DNA from: Auanema rhodensis
Lineage: Eukaryota > Animalia > Nematoda
Assembly: GCA_964057225.1 (NCBI GenBank)
Contig: OZ059900.1
Coordinates: forward strand, 6,262,001 to 6,326,000
Length of the DNA stretch: 64,000 nt
Direction: 5' to 3'
Below the pieces are notes generated by a model that saw only the letters and a program-made list of their open reading frames with translations, was not told where the DNA came from and did not search any database. This document shows, one piece after another, positions 34,257-47,907 of the stretch (within the stretch, counting starts at the first letter, position 1; each line of letters starts with the position of its first letter). The translations under genes were made by a program, and so were the position numbers.

Positions 34257-37200
34257 TATGGAATGTAGGAGCACTTCCTTCTAATTAATTTTAAAACTGA
34301 AAATAAATAGCTGATATTTAACTTCAAAACAACAAATAGTTCAAAGAAAATACAAACACAAACAGTTCCTGGGAAACACTAACTAATACTAAAGTTTTGC
34401 CAGCTGATACAATTTGAACCATCTGGCCATTTTTCTCAAAGTACATCATATGGAGCCATCTAGATTGCCATGTGCATAATACTGCTTTGTAATACAATAG
34501 CCGCTTTGTTTCAAATCAGAATTTCACAACAATATCTCAGATCACATCTGCTTGCGAAGCTTCAGAAAAAAAAGGAAAACTATCCCAAAAGCGAAAAAAA
34601 AGTCAATACGTATATTTATAGGTCGAATGATTAGGATATTCAAAATAACATGTCATTCTCCAAATCACCAAAAGGCTTATTAACGACATTAAAAAAAAGA
34701 ACATTTCAAATTTATGATTATTCACTCGAAAGAAATAGAAGCATGTTTGCAGATGAAATGGCTTAACACACATTTTGAGCTTAAATCAAAAGCTTTTATT
34801 TTTTATAGATTTTGTTTCTCAAGGGAATAAGTATAATGTGTAATAACCATGATCGAAGGTCTAAAATTGACTGAGTGTTAGACTTATCGTCATTATTGGC
34901 TTATGAAAAAACATTAAGATTGATGAAGATGTCTAATGTTGACAGGGATATAGAAAAGTTTGAATTTCTAGTTGAAGAAAGAAGACAAATGAGAGGAAAT
35001 TGCTAGCGGATGTTTTTTTCATTATATAAAACAATGGCTACACAGTTCAAGCTCAAACTTGTTGAGCTCAGAATATCAACATTGAAAGCGAACAGATTTT
35101 CAAGAGACTCGTTTGTTTCTTATCATTTTTTGAAACAAGCAAACTAAGAGTTCGTTAGAGCTGTCACCTCATCTTGAAATCAATTAATATTGAGTCAAAC
35201 AGAAGCACTTGACTCACAAGACGAGAAACGGATAAGAACGGATCGGGTGGGATTCGAGAGAAAACACATTTACTATATGAAAGATATGATGATTCAGGAT
35301 TGAAAATATTCGAAGAAGAACATCTGATATTTCGAAATCAATAAAACATTAGAAAATGACAATTTCGAAAACATCAATTTGAGTTTAAAGAATGATGTCA
35401 GAGAAATAAAAAGAAAAAAATGGGTTGTTTAACACAAAACACAGAGAAGCTTTTCTCGCTTCAGCTGTGAGACAAGAGAGTCATAGTTTATTTTCTTTGA
35501 GATGGCTTAACTATCTAGTGCTTAACTTCTATCAATCTCGTATTTATTAAAACGTTTTCTTCCCAATGTATATATTTAATGAGATTTTCAAGTTTTTTTT
35601 TGAATTTTGAATATACTTTGGAAATACAAGCAGATATATACATTCCCAATATCTATCTTTTTCTTTTTTTATCAACAATTACGACACATATTGTTTGTTC
35701 AAAAGAAAAAAATGTTGAACAAATGATGAAGTTTAACTACATTCATCCGAAATATTTGATTTTTCAAAGGAAATGTTTGAAATATGTGTTCGACAGTTTG
35801 TGATTCATAACTACATGCATAAAAAGTAGAGAAAAAAATATTGGAAGACTGTAAAGGTCATATGATATGGCTTGCTTGCATGTTATATGGCACATAAACC
35901 AAACAACGATTGCAAATCCAATATGCAGTTTTTGAGTCAGCAGCATTTATATCTTTTTCAATGTACATATATATATATATAGGAAAGAAAAAATTGATAC
36001 ATTGATGTAACATACAAAAAATGTCAAACAATAGAGAAAAATTTAAAAAAGATGTGATCAATAGAACCAGCTTCAGATATATATCTCAATGTATCATAAA
36101 GTATTTTATTTACTATCTTTTCAATTTTCAATATCATAATATCAAACTGTATAAAATTTAAATAAATGAATAAAAGGGATTGCGTAGCCGCGCATTTATG
36201 AAAAAAAAAAGATTTCAAATGCAAAAATGCTGTCTGAAGAATGACGAATGGCACAGCATTGTGTACGAGAATACAATGAAATAATATCTTGCTGTTGCAG
36301 TGAAATCGTTTTTATCAGCAATAACCCAAGAAAGAAATTTAAGCATTTTTTTTAAAATATTTGCGAATGTTAAGAAGCAAGTCATTCCAGATTTGAGCAG
36401 TTTTGTCTCATCTCATGACAACTAGACTGCAGCTAGCTGGACAGAAGTAATAAAACAATTATTGATAAGAACGCAACGTTAATTGATTGAGTTCTATTTG
36501 AACTATGAAAAACGACCTATTGCTAGAAGAAGGCTATAATAATGACAAACTTTCTCAAATAAAAGTTCAAAGTTAGAAGTTTTAAGTTTTATACTAACCA
36601 AGTACATTAAACGTCTAAAAAGTTAATGCAATTGAACAAAGCATGAGGAAATGCTAAGTTGCATGGACGATTGAACTCTTATTATAAGTAATGTAATTCA
36701 TAAATGGTCTCAAGTCATTCAAAGAATAAAATATTGCATATAGTAGTTTAAAGTCAACATATAGCTATTATTTTGCTTATAGTTTGTATAATTATAATAA
36801 AAACATGTAATAAGAGTAAATTATATTGTATAGTACGCGTGATACTTATAGAAATACCTAATGTTATGCAGCGCAATACAGAGTGATATGAAGAGTGTAC
36901 GGAAGAGACTCTTCGAGCAAGTATGGACGTCAGACATATGAGAAAGCTAGATAGACAAAGAGAGACATCAGGTTAGAGATAATGAGAGAAAGAAAAACAA
37001 GGTGAGTGAGAGAGTAAGAGAGTGTGATGAGAGAAAATGGATCACGTAGTAAGTTGCGACTGCCCAAGAACTCAGAGAGGTGTTTGACCTATTTCTGTAT
37101 GATTTGAACTCAGCACAATCTATCTTTTCAGTATGACATTTTCTCATTTTCATCGATGTCTTAGAGCTTTCATCTGTTTCTTCTCGTTTTCCAAACTGTT

Positions 37201-40200
37201 CTCGACTGTTTCTCTTCTCTCAAATACTTTCGCAGTTTTCTCTATTTTCTTGACATTTAATGTATGCTAGTTCTTCATCTCATTTGCTCTCATCGGTTGC
37301 ACTTTGTTCTATTTCAGCTTTTTCTCATATTTCTTCTAACTCTTACCTTCTCATCATCTTTCGTATATCTTCATTCTCTAACTTCTCTTTAACTTTTTCT
37401 CATCTATCGACCATCTCACCTATACCTCTCTTCGTTTTTGCTCGTCATCTTTATATATCTACTTCTTCGAGAAATCGGAGCGAGACGCGTCAGTGAGTTT
37501 CGATTGTTCCTTATACATTTGAGATGTGAACAAATATGCTAAAACAAACTCTAATGAGAAGTTACAGAGACACATTCTGAAATGATGGTCAAACAGATGA
37601 TGTTGAGAAGGTACAGCAAGCTTCAATAGCTTTGCTACAAGCTTCGTCATCATGCAAATATTTATATCATGCTTTTTAAAGATTCCATGGAACATTAATA
37701 AGATCATTGTTTCTACAATTTCTGCAGAACTTCAAATGGCTTCAAAAATTTTATTTTATTACCGAAAAAAGCTCTGTATTGTTATTTCGATCTCTCTATT
37801 TCTTCTCGAACGTGTTATTTTGATCTCTTTATTTCTTAAAATTGTATTAAATAATGAAATTTTGTACTATTAACATAATTTAAAGTTTTTTCTTGCGAAT
37901 TGTTTTGAATCAAACTAATTAAATAATTAGTACTGTACTTTTGTCTCTTAAATCAGAACGATAGGAACATGTTCAAACATCATAAAAAAAATTCGAAGAA
38001 TAAAAATAGTTGAGATTATTTAGCTTAAAAGCTGAGACTGAAAATAAAAAGGATAAACGAATGTTTGCACCAATGATTGCAAATTCGTATAAGTGATGAG
38101 CGAAGTGAAAGTGACAGGCAGCAAGAACAAACTAAGCACAGATTATTAACTTCTGCTACTATCTATGACTTCAGAAAAAAAAACGATTTTTTTATAAATA
38201 TGAAAAGAAGAAATGTGTTTTATTTTATGGTTTTATAACATCATGAGACTAAATTCTATGTAAATTTCAGCTAATCAGATATGTAGTAAAATGAAGTTGG
38301 CTAGAATTAAAAGAAATATATGAGAGAAAATACATGAAAATATTCTTCTATTTTAACAATTATATTGCAGATGAAGACAATTTCATAACAAAAAGAAATC
38401 ACAACCAATTTAATAAGATTTTTAAATTAAAAAAAATTATTTTTCATCTTTCTATATGTTTTTCTCATTGGATTTTTAGAATAGAAAGACAAATGGGTAT
38501 GAGCATCGCAATGACATTAGTAAAAGTAAGACAAGGACAATTATTCATATATTATTTATTTATTTTCACGTATGATGGTTCGGAAAGATGAAATCATGAA
38601 AAAAATGGGATTAACAAAACAGTATTGATTCATGAGAGGTCTTAAAGAAAAAGTGTAGATTAATTATAAAATACATTTTACACTACGTTACATTACGTTA
38701 CAAAATTATATGTCATACATAGTGTGTATGCTATTAATTAGTTTTTTTTTGGCGCGCAAAGTAATTTCATTAATTTTTCTTGAATTTGTTGTTAAATGTT
38801 ATAGTTCATATTATTTTTTTATATTTTAATTGATTATATACTTTTTTATTTAATTTATTTTATGCTGAAGCATTATTCTCTAAATAAAACATAAATTTAC
38901 ATATTAATCATAAACCACGCAACTAATCATCTGGCTTGTCTCTGGCGGACAGATGATTTTGTTGTCAGTGTCCGGCATATATTATAAGAATTCTAATCTG
39001 AGTGTGTCTTTTGGAACTATACGAAAAAATATATATTTTTTTGTCTTATAACTAAGTTTCTTAACAACATTCTGTTAGCTTTGTCTATTTATCTTTATAT
39101 TTTCTTACCTCTATAAAATTTGTTTTTTTACTTGATTTTACCGCATCTAAATCTTGTTTGTCCTTGCTTTAGTCTGACCTTCCTCTTTTCCCCATCATTT
39201 TCTTCTCAACTCGTTTGACTGACCAAATTGTATCCATAATTTTTGAGTAGCTGAATATGTGACGAGATTTTATACATAAAGTAGAGTTATCTATATTTTC
39301 TAGTATTAACGTTAATATTAGTCTTAACATGTATTCAGAAGTTTGAAAAAAAGCAGCTAGAAGTATCGTATAGCACTAGTCTTTTGTTTTAGATATTTCT
39401 CTATTCACTCTATTCACTCTCTTCTTCATTCTCACTGACTATTGCACTTCTTCTTTTGAATCAGTTCCTCTTGCCTATATGTATTCGTTCTCTGACTTTC
39501 TTTCTCTACATAGCTTTGGCATCTTTGTCAATTGTGAGGCAAAACGGACAAACAGACAAAAAAATGCTTTTTTTTCTTTCGTTTCCTCTGGAAAAATATG
39601 GGAAGAAAATCCATGACTCTATTTTCGCAGTATTTTTTCAAAATTTTACGAAATATTCGAGAGCTTGCCGATTATTTATTAGTTTTATATTTCCGCACAA
39701 TTTTTAATAAGTTTGTTTTAGAAATTTAATATTTCTCAAAATATGTCTAGTTAGCACACTTGCAGAGTTCTTGATCTTTGAGTGAGAAAAAAGGAAATCA
39801 GCAGCTGCTATAGTTTTTTTTCTCGAATAAGACGACAAATCCATCGTTCATGACATCGGCTAGTTTCTGACTAGTTTTAGTTGAGAATAATCTTGAGATT
39901 TATACGTAATTTTTCTTTTGTCAAATACTGGAAATAGAGGTTATTGAACTATTATGTACAACATCTTGCTAAACTGCAATTTAAAATATAAAAATATAAA
40001 AAAAACAGAAAAATTATTTCGATTTTCATTATTTACAGTTTATAGCTATATCAGCATGAATGATTGCAACAATATTATTTAATGATCGTCATCTCATCTT
40101 CTGTATTTATTCAAATTTTAAATATCGTAGATACATCATAATTGTTTTCTCCTGTTGTTTTTGAAATTATTATGTATGTGTTTCTTTCTATTTTTCTCTT

Positions 40201-40275
40201 ACTTGCTTTTCTCTCTTCATCTCTTATCTAAAGTTTCAAACACATATTTCTTTTCATTTAAATAGTTTTTTCCAA

Positions 40276-40276
<1 letters not shown>

Positions 40277-40302
<26 letters not shown>
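40277..40302. repeat. (TA)n microsatellite
   Basis: Direct reading. Confidence 0.9.
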
Positions 40303-40306
<4 letters not shown>

Positions 40307-41308
40307 TATATTTATAGACATAAATATACGTATGTGACTAGTTCATTATGGCTTTGTTGAATTCTAGAACGCAGTTTAGCCTGCCTTTAACTATGTATGG
40401 ATTGTCGCACTCAATTCACTTATCTCTCTCTCTTTACTCTTATTCTGGCATTTCCAAACTTTGCTTGCTATTTCAGTCTCCAGTACTCTTCTTTCTCTCA
40501 CTTATCCCTATTCTGTCTCTTATTCAGTATATAATGTTCAACGCTACATTTTCCCTCACTCACTATTTTATGCTAGTTTCCTCGCTCTTATCTGTTCTTC
40601 AACACCGTCCCACTGTGTGTCTAGCAATGAAATGCGGAGCCTCTCTAGTTAATACACTCTATCGCACCATGTGTTTGTTGTCTGCTCACATGTATAACCA
40701 GTGTTGTCTGACTTCGCAATGGGTCACCCGTTCATCAAGCCGACAAAAAAAATAAAAAGGACATTATTCATTATTAAATTGATTAACATCAACCCATAGT
40801 CGAAGCAATAATATTTATAATGATCTCAAGCTACACTTTTTAAATACCTATAGTCCTATGATTGAAACACATTGCAGAACTGGTCGCACACTACATGTTT
40901 TTTCAAGCTTCTTTTTCATTTTTATGATATTTTCTGTGAGGTATCACCTGAGTAACATCAAATTCCGTATTAGCTAATTTTGCTTTATCAATTGACATGC
41001 TTCATAAGTCATGCTTACTCTTTCTTACGCGATGTACATTAAAACTTTTATTGTTTGGTTTTGCTTTTGATGTGACAGTTATTGATTATTGGCTTTATCA
41101 TGAATCATCACGTCGCTGGCGCATCTTTTTACGTTTGAGCCCTTTTTCCATTTTTTAAAATTTGTATACTTCTCAATACGTTTTGCTTGTGCAGTCTGAC
41201 GTTGTTAAAGTTGTTAGACATATGTGTCATTTCTTTCATTTTCTGTTTTTTTATTAATGGTTCACCCGATTATTATTAGATTACTTGACTATAATTGTAA
41301 ACAGGACT

Positions 41309-43971
41309 ATGGAAAAGGCGAAAAAGGATGTGGGACAAAAATTTCGACGAATCAAGCATAATTTAGTGAAGTGAGTGATAGAGCAATTTCTTATTGATAA
41401 TAATTGTATTGAATTATTTTTAGTTCATCAAAAATTGAAAATCACGAAGATTGGCGAAATGTTGGTGAATTGGAGCAGAGAAACGCTAAAGTTATACAAG
41501 CCATAAATACTTTCAAAAAGAATGTTTCAAATAGCATTAAAACTGGATTAAAAGAAGAAAACGTCGATAAACGAAGAGTAAAACCATTCAACATCTTCTT
41601 GCATTAATAGAGATTTCAGAAAAAAGTTGAGGAGTTCGGAATTAGTGCTGATTTACGTGAAGGAGCTATTGACCTGCAAAGATCAACCTCAACTTGTTTA
41701 CATCATGTAATGAGAAAAATATCCGTGGCACTGAGCTATGTAGCCGAAGAAAAAGTTAATTTTGATAATTAATATTATTTCAAAGTATAACGTTTAGGTT
41801 AAATATGAAATGATGATTGAAAAACGTGTTTTAGAAGATTTAAATCAATATTTAGAATTAGAAAAGCATTTAAGCAGAAACAGAGAGAAGTTAACGAATG
41901 CTTTGACAGGTACAACTTCACTCTAATATTAACTTGTAAATAATGTTTTCAGATCTTGATATTGCTCGGAAATCTAGTGAACGAACTGACAATTCACATC
42001 AGGAAAATGTGGATTTTGCTAATCAAAAGTTGGATAATCAAATGGTTCAAATCTTTTCTGAAAGAAAACTATATTCTATTACTTTTAGGATTCGACTGTC
42101 ACAGAAATTTACAACCTTGCTTCAAAAGAACAAGAAATAGCTAAAGTAAGAAACACTTAAGTACAAATCTGAACAGATATATTCTTTCTTTTAGGTGTTC
42201 AGTGCATATCTGGAAGAACAATTAGAGTATCATAGAACTGCACTTCGAACTATAGAATCAGCTCTTCCTGAAATCCGAAGGGATATTGGTATTCATTTAA
42301 TACTTACGTTATGATGCTAAAACTTTAAGATAATGCTCGCCCTAGACCTATTTTTGGAGTTGACTTATGTGAGCATTTGCGACATGCTAAAAAACGTATT
42401 GCTGTACCAATTGAAAATTGCTGCACTTTGTTGAGACGGATAGCTTTCACTGAGAAAGGTAGTTGATCAGATATTCAGAAAACTATGATGTTGATGTATT
42501 TTAGGTGTTTTTCGAATTAATGGAAATAGTTTAAAAATGAAAAGAATGAGAGCATCTATTGATGCAGGGCAAATTGATGTTTGTGTTATTTTCAATACCT
42601 CAAGTTAATACTATTTTTAGCATGATATTATTTATTACGAACATGACCCTCATAGTGTTTGTGGAGTTTTGAAATTATACTTACGTGAATTACCGGATCC
42701 ACTTCTTACCAATACTCTTCATAGTGAATGGGTTCATGCTGCATCGTATGAACAGTTGCTGATTCTGAATGCAAACTTTATTTAGATTGGATGGTGAAGA
42801 TCGATTAGTTGCAATGGAAAACTGTCTGAATCAGTTACAAACTGAGCATTTAGATAATCTTACTTATTTAATTCAATTTTTGGTTGATCTGTTGCAGCAT
42901 CAGCATGAAACATCGTGAGTCTTATTATTGTATATAACTCGTTTGTTATTTTAAGTATGAATGCCACAAACCTCGCCATTGTATTTGGTCCAAACTTGCT
43001 AGGAGGAGATATAGAAGAAAATAATGCTATAAGTAATAAGGTAATATACTATTAATAAGTTACTTACTATTGAGAATATTGTGAAACTAACTATTACAGA
43101 TTGTGGAAACATTTCTATTAAATGCTAATAGATTATTCGGTGTTACTTCAAACTCTGATCAAATGACTACTTCTCAAAACACTAGAAGCAATGCTTCCTT
43201 GATTGTTGTAACTTCCGAGTTTCCGAGGTATTTTTTGAAAATCTTATTTTCATCTACGCTTTCCTAACAGACAAGAATCTCCGTTCTCGCAACAGTACAG
43301 TTTTCGTCAATCTCCTAGAACTCGTCCCAAAGAGAGAGCTCCTCCTCCACCACAAGCAAATCGCTTGGTTGATAGTAACATTGTCACATCAAGGCGCTTA
43401 ATTTTTTATAATGTTTTTTCAGGTTGGTCTTCGGATAGCGACCCAAGTCTTATCGATCATAATCGAGTTTCTGATCCCGGCTCTCATACCTACAATCGAA
43501 ATAGTTTAGGTCTAATAAATGCAAATTTTTTTATATAATTTTTGAAATGTTTTGTAGGATCAGTTAGTTATCTCGAAGACGCTGATAATCATAATGAAAT
43601 CGGTGAAAATTCAATGAGTACCAGTTTGTACTCGAAACCTCATAGACCTCCACCTCCTGTGGTACATACAAGTTTCCAAATTGTATTCAAAAACAAAAAA
43701 CTTTTTCAAGGCAGCTCGTACAGTATCTAGACCAGATGTTGATCAACTTCTAGGAATAGATGAACCAAGACGGAATCAAACTACAATTACATATCTTGAC
43801 CCTTCAAATAGGTTTGATTATATATTGTTTATTTTAGTGTATATGTGTGCTTTCAGAACCCTCGTATCGGTACCAGCTCATGGGCCATCACCTACACCAA
43901 GTGTGCGCGTCAAACCACCTCTTCCAGCAAAACCAAAACCAGAAGATCATCAAAGTTATACATCCTTGTAA
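41309..43971 (+). CDS. rga-8: N-BAR + RhoGAP protein with proline-rich tail (RICH/ARHGAP17/ARHGAP44/SH3BP1 family; C. elegans rga-8-like)
   Basis: Helical N-terminus MEKAKKDVGQKFRRIKHNL...ELEQR...KKVEEFGIS (BAR-like). RhoGAP motifs PIFGVDLCEHL, TEKGVFRING (arginine finger), DPHSVCGVLKLYLRELPDPLLT, MNATNLAIVFGPNLL. Tail RAPPPP, RPPPP, KPPLPAKPKP. Many 40-70 nt GT-AG introns; stop 43969-43971. Confidence 0.88.
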
Positions 43972-44691
43972 CAAAATTTATTACAGTTAACTACTGAATC
44001 AGTGAATCAAAACTCGGAAAATTAAAAAAAATGTTTTTTCTCAGATGCATTGCATCAACAGTTTTGAAAACTAAAAATAGAAATCACATTGATTTTTGAA
44101 CACGCCTTGGTTCCTTTAGTAATTCAATGTAATCTCTTAACTACTAAAAATTCAACATAGAATTATTAAATTAGACCATTTTCAATTATTATTATATTTT
44201 TGAGCTGATATCTCTAATATTATAACATACTGAATATATTGATGATAATGTAAAATCTACGTAGTTATGTCTTAGTCTAAACATTCCAGTCATTTACGGT
44301 TTTTGAGTAAAACGTTTGAGTATATTACACGATTATGTCATAAATGGGTATTTCAATAGCGCAATACGATATGTCATCCTTTTAATCGCGTTTATGTTCA
44401 TTAAATAGTGTGTAGAAATAAATATATTTCAAAAATATAAAAAATTGTTTTCAATGAAGAAAAACGAAAAGTTTGTGTTAGAATACCACTAATATTGTTA
44501 TAAAAGTAGATGAAAAATTTTTTTCTGAAAATTTCAGAGATCGTTATTGGTTTCAATAAGTTTTAAACAACAAAACATGAAAAATATATTTCTTATTAAT
44601 AATTACAGAATGTATATTTTAGTAACTTATTCAATAATGAAACAATGTATGAAAAACCAATGAAGAAACATACAATATCCCAGCCGTTCGA

Positions 44692-47036
44692 AGTTTGTTT
44701 TTGTATTATTGAATTTTTGAAAACATATCTAATACTAATAGATTGAATAATATAACATCTTGGTGCAGTTGATGTGTTACAGGTTAGTTGAAAACTTTCA
44801 TTGGTTCAAATCCTCTCTAAGAAATTTATAAAAACAAAAAATCTCTCTCTCGCTCTCTCTATAAATCTCTATCCTTAATTGAATCTCGAAATATCTCTGA
44901 AACCTCAATTCTAAAATACGATATCAACTTCAGAAAACTTCGATTCCAGCAAAAACTTGATAGAAGTTTACTAAAAAGAAATTCTCCAAAAATTTTTGAA
45001 ATATTCAACTTTTTAAGTTTATAACAAACTTTATTCTCTGTTAATCTAGAGGAAATGATACAAACTACTATGAGCAGGATGGCCTAAAGGTGTACTGCAT
45101 GGATTACAGATTAGGTAACTGAGTTCAATACCTTTCTCTGTTTTTTAAGAAAATCAATATCTAATCGAGAATCCAAAAAACGGTCGAATGGATTTGGACT
45201 GTGAAAAATCGTTCTTTTTCAAAGTTTTGATCTTCGTAGCTCAGTTAGAAATTAATATTTTCCAGTTTTGATCAAACGGGCAAATTGTGGAAGATGAACT
45301 CTTTCATCTCACCAAATTTTGATATCGTACCTAGTCTAGTATAGAAGTTGTAGCCTCCTAAAGAGGAGAGATTAAGCCAAAAACGTGACTTTGAAACGCT
45401 ATATCTCCTTAACCATTGAGTTTTTCAGAAATATTTCAGCGGATCTGAACTCTACGTGAAAAGATCTCTTAGAAAAGCTGCCTATAGTGAAGATTGGAGT
45501 AGTTTGAAATTTGGAAAAACAGAGAATTTGGCCAATTTCCGGTTTGAGAAATAAAAATTTTGAGTTTTTTAAAAATTGAGGGTGCCTTCTGATAGAGCTT
45601 GAAATGCTGATTTCAAATATAAAAAGCAAATTTCTTCATTCTCACTTTGAAAGGAGTTATGAGACTTTTTATGTTTTTAAGTTTTCCATTCAGAAGGCCA
45701 TATCTACCTTCAGACGGCATTTGAGGAAATTTTAGTTAGCAGAATCGTTTTCTACGTGTCTGTTTTACTTGGTCAACTCAGTTTCAAATCATTTTGTTCG
45801 AATTTTCAATTTTCGATCAAATGGTCCAAATCCATGTACTACCCCCTTACCTACTTTTTCAAAAAAGTTGACCATCATCACATGAACTTTTAAGATTTTC
45901 TCAAGTTTTTTGTTGATTTCCAATATGAAACAATTATCTCTAATATCTTTAATTCTTATTTTTATAAAATATAAGTAAAGAAAAAAACTTGTGAAAATCT
46001 TAAAAGTTCATGTGATGATGGTCAACTTTGATGAAAAAGTAGATAAGGGGGTAGTACATGGATTTGGACCATTTGATCGAAAATTGAAAATGCGAACAGA
46101 ATGATTTGGAACTAAGTTGACCAAGTAAAACAGACACGTAGAAAACGATTCTGCTAACTAAAAATTTCTCAAATGCCGTCTGGAGGTAGATATGGCCTTC
46201 TGAATGCAAAAGATCAAAACATATAAAGTCTCATAACTCCTTTCACAGTGAGAATGGAGTTATTTGCCTTTCATATTTGAAACCAGCATTTCAAGCTTTA
46301 TCAGATGCAACCCTCAATTTTTAAAAAACTCGAAATTTTTATTTCTCAAACCGGAAATTGGCCAAATTCTCTATTTTTCCAAATTTCAAACTACTCCAAA
46401 TTCAATATAGGCAGCTTTTCTAAGAGATCTTTTCACGTAGAGTTCAGATCCGCCGAAATATTTCTGAAAAACTCGATGGTTAAGGAGATATAACGTTTCA
46501 AAGTCACGTTTTTGGCTTAATCTCTCCTCTTTAGGAGGCTACAACTTCTATACTAGACTAGGTACGATATCAAAATTTGGTGAGATGAAAGAGTTCATCT
46601 TCCACAATTTGCCCGTTTGATCAAAACTGGAAAATATTAATTTCTAACTGAGCTACGAAGATCAAAACTTTGAAAAAGAACGATTTTTCACAGTCCAAAT
46701 CCATTCGACCGTTTTTTGGATTCTCGATTCGATATTGATTTTCTTAAAAAACAGAGAAAGGTATTGAACTCAGTTACCTAATCTGTAATCCATGCAGTAC
46801 ACCTTTAGGCCATCCTGCTCATAGTAGTTTGTATCATTTCCTCTAGATTAACAGAGAATAAAGTTTGTTATAAACTTAAAAAGTTGAATATTTCAAAAAA
46901 TTTTGGAGAATTTCTTTTTAGTAAACTTCTATCAAGTTTTTGCTGGAATCGAAGTTTTCTGAAGTTGATATCGTATCTTAGAATTGAGTTCTCAGAGATG
47001 TTTCAAGATTCAAGTAAGGATAGAGATTTATAGAGA

Positions 47037-47084
<48 letters not shown>

Positions 47085-47228
47085 GTTTTTATAAATTTCT
47101 TAGAGAGGATTTGAACCAACGAAAGTTTTTAACTAACCTGGAACACATCAACTATACCAAGATGTTATACTATTCAATCTATTAATAACAGATATGTTTT
47201 CCAAAATTCAATAATACATGAGCAAACT
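44692..47228. mobile_element. Foldback-like non-autonomous element: ~1.2-kb inverted arms around a ~70-bp spacer
   Basis: ~44692-45911 is the reverse complement of ~45982-47228, with mirrored ORF-track entries 45399-45629(-)/46305-46493(+) and a (CT)n tract at ~44843 mirrored by (GA)n at ~47040-47078. No transposase ORF and no clear target-site duplication seen. Confidence 0.8.
47040..47078. repeat. (GA)n microsatellite inside the right arm of the foldback element
   Basis: Direct reading; longer than its mirror (CT)n in the left arm. Confidence 0.9.
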
Positions 47229-47907
47229 ACGGTAAATGATGGTTGTCTTGTTTTTTTACAAAGAATCTAGACTATATATAATATAGTTTCAAAATGGTTA
47301 TTACACGTTTATTCAATCAATAATCTAATTATATTTTCTTAGAATATATTTGAATTATACTGTTTGAAGATTTAATTCCTCTCTCTCTCTAACTATATTT
47401 GGTTGATGAGATATCACATTATTTTTCAAAATTTCAATTATTGTTAACTTTCCAAATGTACATAACATGAGTCCAAAGTCTTTCTTTTCTATGTCTGTTC
47501 CCAGTAAAATGAAGAAATTCATTCGAATAGTGAAAAAACTTTTATTGAAAAACGATAATTTACAAATTATGAGTAAAATTAATTTAAAAACCTAGTTATT
47601 ACAATAGTATTAATTCAAATATCACGTTGTTCCATATTATCCAATTCGTTACTGGAAAAAAGGCTCAATAAACTGAACTGTTGCAACAAAACTCACGATT
47701 TCATATTCAAAGCATGTTCAAGTTCTTTAAAATGTTGTTTCGTTAGTAGAAACTCTTCTCTGTAGTCATCACCTTGACTGAATACAAATTTCAAGTAATC
47801 AGTCATCAGCGCGAGTTTATGGCATTCTTTGACTTAAGTAAGCATTTCTCGTCATGTCAGACATCTCATCAGTTTTCACGTCCAGAATATTTTTAACATG
47901 AGCAAAC

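Noticed and set aside
45399-46493. Transposase inside the foldback element
   Set aside because: Only short mirrored ORFs without DDE or HTH motifs.
47620-47900. Possible minus-strand gene fragment at the satellite edge (MTDYLKFVFSQGDDYREEFLL...)
   Set aside because: Short, interrupted by stops, and no consistent splice model could be built.
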